In this document: positions 27,153 through 35,240 of the stretch, piece by piece
Numbering within the stretch: the stretch's first letter is position 1
How the letters are laid out: each line of letters begins with the position of its first letter
Origin: Kiritimatiellia bacterium
GTDB taxonomy: Bacteria > Verrucomicrobiota > Kiritimatiellia > RFP12 > UBA1067
Direction: 5' to 3'
DNA: 35,358 nucleotides
Assembly (NCBI GenBank): GCA_045132115.1
Contig: JBGURT010000062.1
Location: 1 to 35,358, forward strand
Program-made: the position numbers and the translations under genes
Notes under the pieces: generated by a model
What the model was told of the DNA's origin: nothing
Database searches by the model: none
What the model saw: the letters and a program-made list of their open reading frames with translations, nothing else

Positions 27153-29338
27153 GCGTCCTCCTCTTCGCCGGGCGAATCGAAATCGCCATTCATGATTCCC
27201 CTAATCGCATCCGCCGCATCTTTGATCAGCGTCTCGCGATCTTCATCCTTCATCTCTTTGAGCTGGACATTCTCCGGAGCATCGCCAAGCACAAGATGCG
27301 CAAGGCTTCCCACCTCGCCGCCGTAACACAAGCCATAAAGCGGCAATTGGACGCTATTGGCCTTTTTCGCCTCGTATTTGCTCCATGTCTTGTAGTCGAT
27401 TATCCGCGTTCCTTTTTCGGGGTGCACGTCTACACGGTCGATCTTGCCGAAAATCTCCATATCGATTGCAATATCCTTGAATGGCTTGGCGGCGCGATCG
27501 ATCTCGGCGTGGGCGATGCGCCATCCTTCTTGCGCAAGACTTGCCTGAACTCGCGCAAACTCCATTACGCGCGATTCAAGCGCATCGAGTTGCAACCGGA
27601 TAGCGAGATCCGAATCGCGATATTCGCGCCGCACGTCATCCACGAAAATCTTGAGCCGTGCGCGGATATCCTCTTCGTGCGTCAGCTGCGCGCCACGATG
27701 GATTTGTTCATCGGCATATTGCTTCAAGATGCGGTGCGCGAGATTCCCGAACGACGCACCATCCAATTCGCGTTCGTCCTTCAATGGTTCCATTTTTAGG
27801 ACGCGCCGCAAGAGATAAAGCTTGGGGCACCGTATGTAGTCGGCTATCGCCGAAGGCGAGAGACGCTTGGGCACGGGAACTGATTTCGGGAACGCGACCT
27901 CGAGTTTTTTGCCCGGCGGCAACGGCGGGATGGAGCCTTCCTCGTCGAATATGCGTTTGACGCGCGAAATGAGCGCGGTGTCCGGGACCTCGAACAAAAG
28001 CCGCGAGGGCTTTTTGAGTTCGCCAACATTGTTCGCACGCGCCACATGGATATTCACCGCGCCGATCCCGCGCGTGCCGACCACTTCATTAAAGATCGCA
28101 CGATCGCGCTTCAAACGGTCGTCGTTCGTCGCAAGCCCAAGCTCGCGACGGAACGCATCGGGCAGATACTCGTGTCCCACAATACTCTCCGGAACCGCTC
28201 CCTCGTGAAAGCCTGCGATATCAAGAGTCTCCGCGTCGCTCCATGCGAGCTCCAGCCAGCCCTCGGCGACAAGCGCATTGCCGCCGGATGGTTCGAGTTG
28301 ATAAGTCGTCTTCTTCAACCGGTTCTCGAAAAGCTCCTGCATGTCCGCCGCCGAAAGCGCGAGCCGCGAAACCGCATCCGACGACATTTCGTCCAAAAGC
28401 TCCCTCGTCGCTTCCGCCGCCGCGAGAAATTCCTTGTTCAACCCTTTCTTGCCGCGGTAGCGCGCCGAAAGTTCTGCACGGACAAACGCCGCCAAACCGA
28501 TGCCGCTTGGACATTGCTTCGCGATTGCACGCACTTCCCGCCCGAGCGACGAAGCGAGGAGCGCGTGCGGTTCGGGGTTGTGCAGTTCGAATCCGCGAGC
28601 GAGCAGCGACGATTCCACATCAGGGAAAAGTTCCGGATCGGCGATGCACATTCTTCCGGGCTGGCAGTTTTCGGCCAAAGCGTGAAAGTCGCCATAGACA
28701 AAAATATCCTCGTCGCGCAAGTTGTCCGTTCCGGCATCCGGCGCGGACGGCAGCTTGGTAATCGTGAGTCCCGGCCGCTGAGCGGCAATGACCGCCCAGA
28801 AAACCTTTGGCGGATCGAGCATCGGCGGCAGAATGATTTCCTCGATCTCATCGTCGATTTGCTTTGGATCGGCCTTGGCCATGCGCATGAGCATCGTGGG
28901 GTAGATAAGCCCTTGTCCGGCAAGAAAACCGAAAAAACCGCGCTCTACTTCTTTGAGACGTTCCCAGCGGTCGGGATAGTCGGTCGACACTACATCTTCA
29001 ATCGCGAGTCCGCCGCCGGCGAGAATCCGCCACACATCTTGGATCCGGTTCAAAGCGCCGCGCATTTTCTCGCTGCTCCACTTCATCCAGCACGCTTCGA
29101 TTTCGGTCTCGGTGGCGACGCGGAGACCCCCCTCGTTTTCTGGGCGGCAAAGCCACGACGGCTGTACCACGCGCGGCGGCAAAATCGCGCGCGGCGAAAA
29201 CTTCATCGCGAGATGGCGCCTTAAATTGCGACCGGCTTGCGCGGTAGGCACCACGACCATCAAATGCGACATGTCAAGCGCGATGTTTTCACGCGCTCTC
29301 GACGCAACATATTCGACCACCCGCCCGACAAGCTTCAC
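27131..29338 (-). CDS. addB: AddB-like protein (degenerate helicase-like N-terminus plus PD-(D/E)XK nuclease)
   Basis: Motifs VVVPT, PSRLL, LSPSAIADYIRCP, FGNLAH, GKIDRVD, IIDYKT, QLPLY; immediately upstream of and overlapping addA. Confidence 0.82.
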   Translation of the reverse strand: MKLVGRVVEYVASRARENIALDMSHLMVVVPTAQAGRNLRRHLAMKFSPRAILPPRVVQPSWLCRPENEGGLRVATETEIEACWMKWSSEKMRGALNRIQDVWRILAGGGLAIEDVVSTDYPDRWERLKEVERGFFGFLAGQGLIYPTMLMRMAKADPKQIDDEIEEIILPPMLDPPKVFWAVIAAQRPGLTITKLPSAPDAGTDNLRDEDIFVYGDFHALAENCQPGRMCIADPELFPDVESSLLARGFELHNPEPHALLASSLGREVRAIAKQCPSGIGLAAFVRAELSARYRGKKGLNKEFLAAAEATRELLDEMSSDAVSRLALSAADMQELFENRLKKTTYQLEPSGGNALVAEGWLELAWSDAETLDIAGFHEGAVPESIVGHEYLPDAFRRELGLATNDDRLKRDRAIFNEVVGTRGIGAVNIHVARANNVGELKKPSRLLFEVPDTALISRVKRIFDEEGSIPPLPPGKKLEVAFPKSVPVPKRLSPSAIADYIRCPKLYLLRRVLKMEPLKDERELDGASFGNLAHRILKQYADEQIHRGAQLTHEEDIRARLKIFVDDVRREYRDSDLAIRLQLDALESRVMEFARVQASLAQEGWRIAHAEIDRAAKPFKDIAIDMEIFGKIDRVDVHPEKGTRIIDYKTWSKYEAKKANSVQLPLYGLCYGGEVGSLAHLVLGDAPENVQLKEMKDEDRETLIKDAADAIRGIMNGDFDSPGEEEDAWRSAIF

Positions 29339-31203
29339 TTGAGTTTAACCCCAACCTTGAAAAACGAATTCGTGGTCGCAGACGGAAGTTTTTTCCATTT
29401 CACGAGATCGCTCGAATTGGAAACGATATACTCGCGCTTGGTCTCGTCCCTTGGATCCCAGTCGATTATGGGATTGTTGTCGTCATCGAAAGTTATGAAC
29501 GCAGTGAACCTGCCGTTCTCGTTCGTGGGGTTGAGCAAAGCAATATAACACTCGGCAACGGAATTTACACCGTTCGCGGCTGGTTGCGCGGCAATCGCCG
29601 CGAGATCGGCCGCAGAACTCGTCGCGGCGGACTCGTAATAATTAGTGAACCAGCTCGCTGGAATGGAAATCTCTTCTCCGTTCCCGTCTTCCGCCACCAC
29701 GACCGCATCCTCAAGCTCTATGTCATTCCCCCACGAATTGCCGGTATTGGATAGCGACCTGACCACTCGCTTGATTTTCTCCTTGAGATATACCGTAGGT
29801 TCTTCCGATATAATATAATGAACTTCTTCAGTCTCCGGCTTTTGCACTTCAATGTTCTCTAACGTGCCATTGTAAATGCTAACCGGAACCGTGACTACAT
29901 AATCTGTTGCTGCTTCGTCAATCGTGAAGCCATAGACCCCATATTCATTCGCGTTAGTAGAAGCAACAAGCTCATCCCCACGGTAAAGACGCACGGCGAT
30001 TCCGCCCATGCCGCTTCCGCCGTATGTAATGCGACCGGACAAAACACTCTTTACATCTGATCCGGGTATGATATTGTAAATAACATCCGAAAGCTCGTTC
30101 CATGCTATATCGCCAGTGCTAAATACAGGAATCGAATACCATAGATCCGATTGTCCCCACCACCCCATGTTCAAATGGACATACAGCGTATCGTCTTTGA
30201 AGCCATACCCGTCCAAAACGACAGAATGGCCGACAAGCGTGGTGTTTTGCACTCCTGCAATGCCGATATTCACAGGATATCCGGCGTCAAGATTGCACAG
30301 CACAGCATCGCCAATCGTGCTTGCCGAAACCGGCGTCTCGATTTCGCCCGTCTCCAAATAAGCGGCTGAAGCATATCCGAAAACCTCGTTGAAAGCATTT
30401 GCCGAATAACATCCATACGCAGCACCGGAACTATCAGATACTTTGCCAGGGTGGTTCCAAATCATCCTTACTGAGACCGCGGCATCATAAACTATTCTGC
30501 CCATTGCTTCAGCTTGCTTATCGCTAGAAACATAAACTATTTCATCGACCATTGAATCCCAATCGTAAACTCCTCCTCTCATCGTGCAATTGGTCGCATT
30601 GCCGTTGAAGAAACACTCCTTGGTCACCGGCGTCACGCTGTAATCGGGATAACGATGAAACTTCATTATCTGTCCCATGGCGGTCGCGACACATCCGCAG
30701 GCACAATTAGATGGAGTATAGTAGTTGAAACAGTTTCTGTTGCCCGCATTTGTCTGCCCCCACTTGGACTTGACGAGCGGCTCTACGCGCATGTCGCCGA
30801 TGCCCAAGGTTTCTAGTCCAGATGTCGCCGCAGCAGAGAGGAGCGTCAGCGTTGGCGCACCATTTGAAAGAAGCCGGTTCCATTTGGAAAGTTTATTGCC
30901 GGCGCTCCTCCCGCGCCGCGCGAGGAGCGCCGCCAGCGGCGAATTTTCATCCAGCTCCGACAAATCTTCGCCGCCGCCGGAAAAAGCGATAATCGGCTCG
31001 TCAGACGTATCCCCTGCGACAAACACCGTACCGAAAGTCGTCCTTACAGAGAAATATTTGCCGCCGTCGTTCGCATCGTGCGCCTTCGCGGAAATCGGCG
31101 CGCCGACCGCCGCGAGCGTTCCGCCTTCGCGCGTCCAGCCACGCACCGCCCACACGGCATCGGCCGAACTCACCGCAATCGCAAGTAAAGCCGCAAGCAT
31201 CAT
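29335..31203 (-). CDS. Secreted C10-family (streptopain/SpeB-like) cysteine protease with prodomain and C-terminal extension
   Basis: Signal peptide; prodomain EPIIAFS; PLVKSKWGQ; GCVATAMGQIM (catalytic Cys); YDWD; GHSVVLDGY (catalytic His); HLNMGWWG. Confidence 0.92.
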   Translation of the reverse strand: MMLAALLAIAVSSADAVWAVRGWTREGGTLAAVGAPISAKAHDANDGGKYFSVRTTFGTVFVAGDTSDEPIIAFSGGGEDLSELDENSPLAALLARRGRSAGNKLSKWNRLLSNGAPTLTLLSAAATSGLETLGIGDMRVEPLVKSKWGQTNAGNRNCFNYYTPSNCACGCVATAMGQIMKFHRYPDYSVTPVTKECFFNGNATNCTMRGGVYDWDSMVDEIVYVSSDKQAEAMGRIVYDAAVSVRMIWNHPGKVSDSSGAAYGCYSANAFNEVFGYASAAYLETGEIETPVSASTIGDAVLCNLDAGYPVNIGIAGVQNTTLVGHSVVLDGYGFKDDTLYVHLNMGWWGQSDLWYSIPVFSTGDIAWNELSDVIYNIIPGSDVKSVLSGRITYGGSGMGGIAVRLYRGDELVASTNANEYGVYGFTIDEAATDYVVTVPVSIYNGTLENIEVQKPETEEVHYIISEEPTVYLKEKIKRVVRSLSNTGNSWGNDIELEDAVVVAEDGNGEEISIPASWFTNYYESAATSSAADLAAIAAQPAANGVNSVAECYIALLNPTNENGRFTAFITFDDDNNPIIDWDPRDETKREYIVSNSSDLVKWKKLPSATTNSFFKVGVKLK

Positions 31204-32066
31204 CGCGCAATTTTGTCTAGCGCCACCTTGAGGAGCTTGCCCGCGAGCGCATCACGCTCCGCCGCAGTGTTACTCCCCAGAACGATGACTATCGCTCTTT
31301 TGTCGCCACGCTCCCCGGTCAATACGAGAGAACATCCTCCCGCCTTGATGTAACCGGTCTTCAGCCCGTCGGCCTCTTTAACCTTGTAGCCCTTCTTCCA
31401 CAACACGTTATTGTGATTCTGTAGCCACATCGGCTTGCCGCCGGGACCTGGAATCGTTGTGGATTTGATCGAAGTCCATTGAACGATCTCGGGATTGTCG
31501 CGCAATAGCGCCATGGCCAATTTCGCGAGGTCTTCGGCCGTGGAGACGTCGAAACCGCGATTCGAACCTTTCGGCGGCGGCAAACCGTTTGGCGAAACGT
31601 AATGCGTGTTTTTCATGCCAAGATTGCGCGCTTCGCAATTCATGAGATCCACGAAATTCTCCACCGTGCCGCCCACTTTTTCCGCGACCATGACCGCCAC
31701 ATCGTTGGCGCTCTTGACCATGAGCGCCTTGAAGGCGTCGTCCACCGTGATCGTTTCGCCTACTGCGAGCCCGATTTTGCTCGGCTCCTCTCTCGCCGAA
31801 CGTTCCGACTGGACCAAAACATCATCAAGCGAAAACCGCCCCAGCTTCATCGCCCTGAACGCCAAACGCATCGTCATGAGTTTCGTGCACGAAGCCGGAT
31901 ACGCTTCGCGCCGTATGCCCTCGGCTGCGAGCACCCTGCCGGTCTTGGCGTCGATCGAGAGATACGCTAGGCACGGCGAACGGCGATGCGCCGTTGTTTC
32001 CGCAAAAGCCGTGGAAACCGCCGCAAAAACGACGGCTGCCGCCGCGAGAGCAGGCCAACGCCTCAC
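31200..32066 (-). CDS. D-alanyl-D-alanine carboxypeptidase (S11 family)
   Basis: Signal peptide; PASCTKLM (SxxK), SAND (SxN), PNGL, GLKTG (KTG); GTG start overlapping the upstream stop. Confidence 0.93.
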   Translation of the reverse strand: MRRWPALAAAAVVFAAVSTAFAETTAHRRSPCLAYLSIDAKTGRVLAAEGIRREAYPASCTKLMTMRLAFRAMKLGRFSLDDVLVQSERSAREEPSKIGLAVGETITVDDAFKALMVKSANDVAVMVAEKVGGTVENFVDLMNCEARNLGMKNTHYVSPNGLPPPKGSNRGFDVSTAEDLAKLAMALLRDNPEIVQWTSIKSTTIPGPGGKPMWLQNHNNVLWKKGYKVKEADGLKTGYIKAGGCSLVLTGERGDKRAIVIVLGSNTAAERDALAGKLLKVALDKIAR

Positions 32067-32887
32067 TTCAGTTCCGTACGGGTCGTCTTCTGCAGCGCTT
32101 TCCAGAGGCTGTCGGCATCGGCCGCTTCAATCACCGTCTGACGCGCCGCCGCCTTGGAAAGGCTCTTTGTGATCGCGCCCATGAACTTGAGGTAATAGGA
32201 GCTCACCGCGACCGGAATCATCGCAAGAATTACGATATGCACCGTAAGCCCGTCCCACTTGATTCCCTTTTCGGATGTGCCGATCGCTACCGTAAGCCCG
32301 CCTCCCTCGACGCCGCGGACGTGCGGGAATGCGATATCGTGGTCGGTCGCGGTCGACAGTATCTGCTCGCGCTCCATCGCGGCGGCGACCATGTTATCGG
32401 CGCTCTTGATGAAGCCGTTTTTCTCCAAAAGTCCGGCAAGCTCGGCTATGGCTTCGGTACGCTCTCTGGCTTTGAGCCCGGGGAGCATAAGTTTCTCGCC
32501 GGAAAAACGCTCGATCCCAATCTTCCCGTCCAGATCCACCCTGCCTCTCACGTTGGATACGGTGTCCTCGTCGTCCGCGTAGAGGATTCTTCCGCAACTC
32601 GCGCAGCACACGAGATGCTGCGCCTTCTTCACCATCTGGACGCTGGCGATAGGAACGGCCATGCCGCACGCCGCGCAACAGTTGTTCGCGAGTCCCGCCG
32701 CCGCCACGTGGTTGCGCTTGTAAAGCCGCTCGAACACCGTTTTCACCTGAGGGGAAAGCTTCGCCTTCACCGCATCGATGCGCGAGTTGAATTCGTCCAG
32801 ACGGCTGCCGTCGCCGCGCTGGCAATACTCGTCGCGGATGAGCACGAGTTCCTGCAGTTCCTTGAGCGCTTCAATCTGCTCTTTCAT
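32063..32887 (-). CDS. Fusion of a C4 zinc-ribbon (CT398/DUF164-type) domain and a PTS EIIA (Ntr/Fru-type) domain
   Basis: Start MKEQIEAL at 32887 (ATGA overlap). CAAC...CASCGRILY, followed by ERE..LST....IAFPH (phospho-His motif). Confidence 0.85.
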   Translation of the reverse strand: MKEQIEALKELQELVLIRDEYCQRGDGSRLDEFNSRIDAVKAKLSPQVKTVFERLYKRNHVAAAGLANNCCAACGMAVPIASVQMVKKAQHLVCCASCGRILYADDEDTVSNVRGRVDLDGKIGIERFSGEKLMLPGLKARERTEAIAELAGLLEKNGFIKSADNMVAAAMEREQILSTATDHDIAFPHVRGVEGGGLTVAIGTSEKGIKWDGLTVHIVILAMIPVAVSSYYLKFMGAITKSLSKAAARQTVIEAADADSLWKALQKTTRTELK

Positions 32888-33348
32888 TCCGCACACTCCT
32901 TTCCTTGCTTCTTCGGCGGGGCCTTTCTCGCCGCGGTTTTCTTGCCGGTCCCCGGCACGACTTTGAAGTTCTTCTCCACGAGCTTGCGGATGCGCTCGAT
33001 CGTTTCCGAAGAAAGGTCGTGCTCCATGAGACACGCATCATGTTCCGCCGCCTGGTCGCTAACGCCAAGAGCCTTGAGGAATTTCTTCAGCAGCAAGTGC
33101 CGCCCCAAAACGAAACGCGCCTCGCGCACGCCTTTTTCGGTGAGTTTCACGCCGGCGTAAGGCTCGTGCGACACGAGTTCCAGCGCCGTCAGTTCCTTGA
33201 TCGCCTTTACGACCGACGGCATAGTGATCTTGAGGCCCTTGGCGATGTCTCTCACTTGAGCCTCGCCGGTCTTCTGCGCCAGAATGTAAATCGCCTCGAT
33301 GTAGTCTTCGAGGCTCTCGGTAATCGGTTTCTTGTTTTTTCCTGCCAT
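32884..33348 (-). CDS. mntR: DtxR/MntR-family metal-dependent transcriptional regulator
   Basis: Motifs SLEDYIEAIY, DIAKGLKITMPSV, HEPYAGVKLT, RH, DACLMEH; no FeoA/SH3 domain. Confidence 0.9.
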   Translation of the reverse strand: MAGKNKKPITESLEDYIEAIYILAQKTGEAQVRDIAKGLKITMPSVVKAIKELTALELVSHEPYAGVKLTEKGVREARFVLGRHLLLKKFLKALGVSDQAAEHDACLMEHDLSSETIERIRKLVEKNFKVVPGTGKKTAARKAPPKKQGKECAE

Positions 33349-33349
33349 T

Positions 33350-34429
33350 TCAGTTTCCGCTCCAATAAGGACTTGTCTTTTTCATCAAATACGCAAATCG
33401 CACCGCTTCGATCGAGGCGTCCAGCGGCACTGGGAACGGCACGCCGGACCTCACGGAATCGTAGACGTGGCGCCAAAAGGCGCTAGGTCCGCTGAGCGTT
33501 CCCCTAGGAAGACATACAGGCTCTTCGACGACCGCGAACTGCTCGTGCCGGTCCTTGAGCGGCGGCGTGCGCACCGAAGACCGGCGCCGCGGGAAAACGT
33601 GCGCGGGATCGATGAACCGCACCTTCCCCTCCTTGGCTCCAGACCAGACCGAGAAACTGCCGCGATCGCCGATTATCCTGAAACTCGGCTCTTCGTCGCC
33701 GGGCAAAACTCCGCCGGAAAACTCGACGTCCGCGCTGATCTCCTCGCGCGTCTTGATGCACAACCTCACGCTGTCTTCAGAATCGCCCAAGGAGGCTACG
33801 CGCTTCAAGTCGCACCAGATCTGGAACGGCGGCACCGGCAAAAGCTCAAGCGCCTGCATCACCGGGGAAATCATCGCATAGTAGCACGCACCGCCGCCAA
33901 GGCGTTTGATGCACTGCCAATCGTCGCGCCGGATGTAGTCGGAGTTTCTTATCATGATCGAATGGATCGTGCCCAGCCTCTCGTCCTTCATCGCCTGCTT
34001 CGCAAGGAGATAGTCCGGCGCGAACATTCCCCGCTCCATGATTATGAGACGGTTTTTCGCCTTAGCCGCCGCACCGCGCAAAATCTGCGTATCGTCAGGC
34101 GTCGTAACCATGGGGGATTCCAGCAACACCCACCGCCCCGTCGCCAGGGCCCGGGTCGCGTCCTTTAGGTGCGACGATGTCGGCGTGGCAATGTCCACGA
34201 GGTCGATGTCGCGCTCGTCAAGCATGTCCGAAAACTGGCGGAACATCTTGCACTTCGGGAAGTGCTGCTTGATGAGGTCTCGCCGCTCTTTCAGCGTGTC
34301 GCACGCCGCCACCACTTCGAAAAGCGCGGGATGCTTTACAAACAACGGGAAATGATCGTTGAACATCGCGCGCCCAAGTCCCATGAGCGCCACACGGATC
34401 GGCGGACGACGATATACCTCTTCGATCAT
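33350..34429 (-). CDS. Gfo/Idh/MocA-family oxidoreductase-like protein with degenerate catalytic motifs
   Basis: Family motifs IRVALMGLGR, VVAACD, DIDLVDIATP, RRDDWQ...GGG; ESP in place of EKP. Confidence 0.85.
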   Translation of the reverse strand: MIEEVYRRPPIRVALMGLGRAMFNDHFPLFVKHPALFEVVAACDTLKERRDLIKQHFPKCKMFRQFSDMLDERDIDLVDIATPTSSHLKDATRALATGRWVLLESPMVTTPDDTQILRGAAAKAKNRLIIMERGMFAPDYLLAKQAMKDERLGTIHSIMIRNSDYIRRDDWQCIKRLGGGACYYAMISPVMQALELLPVPPFQIWCDLKRVASLGDSEDSVRLCIKTREEISADVEFSGGVLPGDEEPSFRIIGDRGSFSVWSGAKEGKVRFIDPAHVFPRRRSSVRTPPLKDRHEQFAVVEEPVCLPRGTLSGPSAFWRHVYDSVRSGVPFPVPLDASIEAVRFAYLMKKTSPYWSGN

Positions 34430-34869
34430 TTTTTCACTATCTCCGTTATTGCCGACAAAAATTGCGCAACATCCGTGAACTTGCGGTATACGCTCGCAAA
34501 CCGGATGTACGCCACCTCGTCCACTTTGTGGAGCTCCGCCATCACCAACTCCGCCACACGGTCTGAAGTCACCGAGTCGCCATCGACCTTGGCGACCACA
34601 TGATCGATCATCGTGCGGATCTGCTCGTCATTGACCGGACGCTTGCCGCAAGCCCGCCGGATCGCCACTTCCACTTTGGTGCGATCAAACGGTTCGTACG
34701 AGCCGTCGCGTTTCTGCACGCGCGTCTCGTCTTTTACGACCTCCTCGTAAGTGGTGTACCTGTAGCCGCAACTTTCGCAGACGCGCCGACGGCGTATTGC
34801 CGCGCCATCGCGACATCCGCGCGAATCAACGACCTTGTCGTCGGTACATCCGCATTTCGGGCACTTCAT
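34426..34869 (-). CDS. nrdR: Transcriptional repressor NrdR
   Basis: Motifs MKCPKC, VVDSR, IRRRRVCESC..RYTTYE, ATP cone, VAYIRFASVY. Confidence 0.98.
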   Translation of the reverse strand: MKCPKCGCTDDKVVDSRGCRDGAAIRRRRVCESCGYRYTTYEEVVKDETRVQKRDGSYEPFDRTKVEVAIRRACGKRPVNDEQIRTMIDHVVAKVDGDSVTSDRVAELVMAELHKVDEVAYIRFASVYRKFTDVAQFLSAITEIVKK

Positions 34870-34872
34870 CCC

Positions 34873-35100
34873 TTATTCCACCCTCTCGACCGTTATTTCC
34901 GGATCGATCTCCTGTAGCGCCGTCTCGATCCCCTGTTTCAAAGTCATCATTGCGAACGGACAACTGCCGCAATGACCGACGAGCTTCAGGTACACCACTT
35001 TGCCGTCGATCTTCACCAGTTCCAGATCGCCGCCATCGGCCTGCAACCCGCCGCGCAATGTCTCGAGCCTTGCCTTGATTTGCCCTTCCATTTCCATCAT
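34873..35100 (-). CDS. Nfu/NifU C-terminal-domain Fe-S cluster carrier
   Basis: Motifs LQADGGDLELV, LVGHCGSCP, TLKQGIE. The start could be ATG 35100, 35097 or 35091. Confidence 0.93.
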   Translation of the reverse strand: MMEMEGQIKARLETLRGGLQADGGDLELVKIDGKVVYLKLVGHCGSCPFAMMTLKQGIETALQEIDPEITVERVE

Positions 35101-35142
35101 TCCCTTTTCGGTTATCGCTATTGTTCTTTCGTTTATGTAAGT

Positions 35143-35171
35143 ATTATAGCAAAAATTTCTCTCTCCTGCAA
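35143..35171 (-). promoter_or_regulatory. Sigma70-type promoter for the nfu-nrdR operon
   Basis: Minus strand TTGCAG-N17-TATAAT with extended -10 (TGCTATAAT). Confidence 0.7.
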
Positions 35172-35240
35172 GACTTTTTTACCGGTAAATCCATTATCGC
35201 CCATGCACGGAATATGCACTTTCAATGAAAAAACCTCGGG

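Noticed and set aside
24315-29338. Helicase-nuclease pair as a novel anti-phage defence or Cas4-like system
   Set aside because: Order, overlap and motifs fit housekeeping AddAB, with host-like composition and no cas or defence genes nearby.
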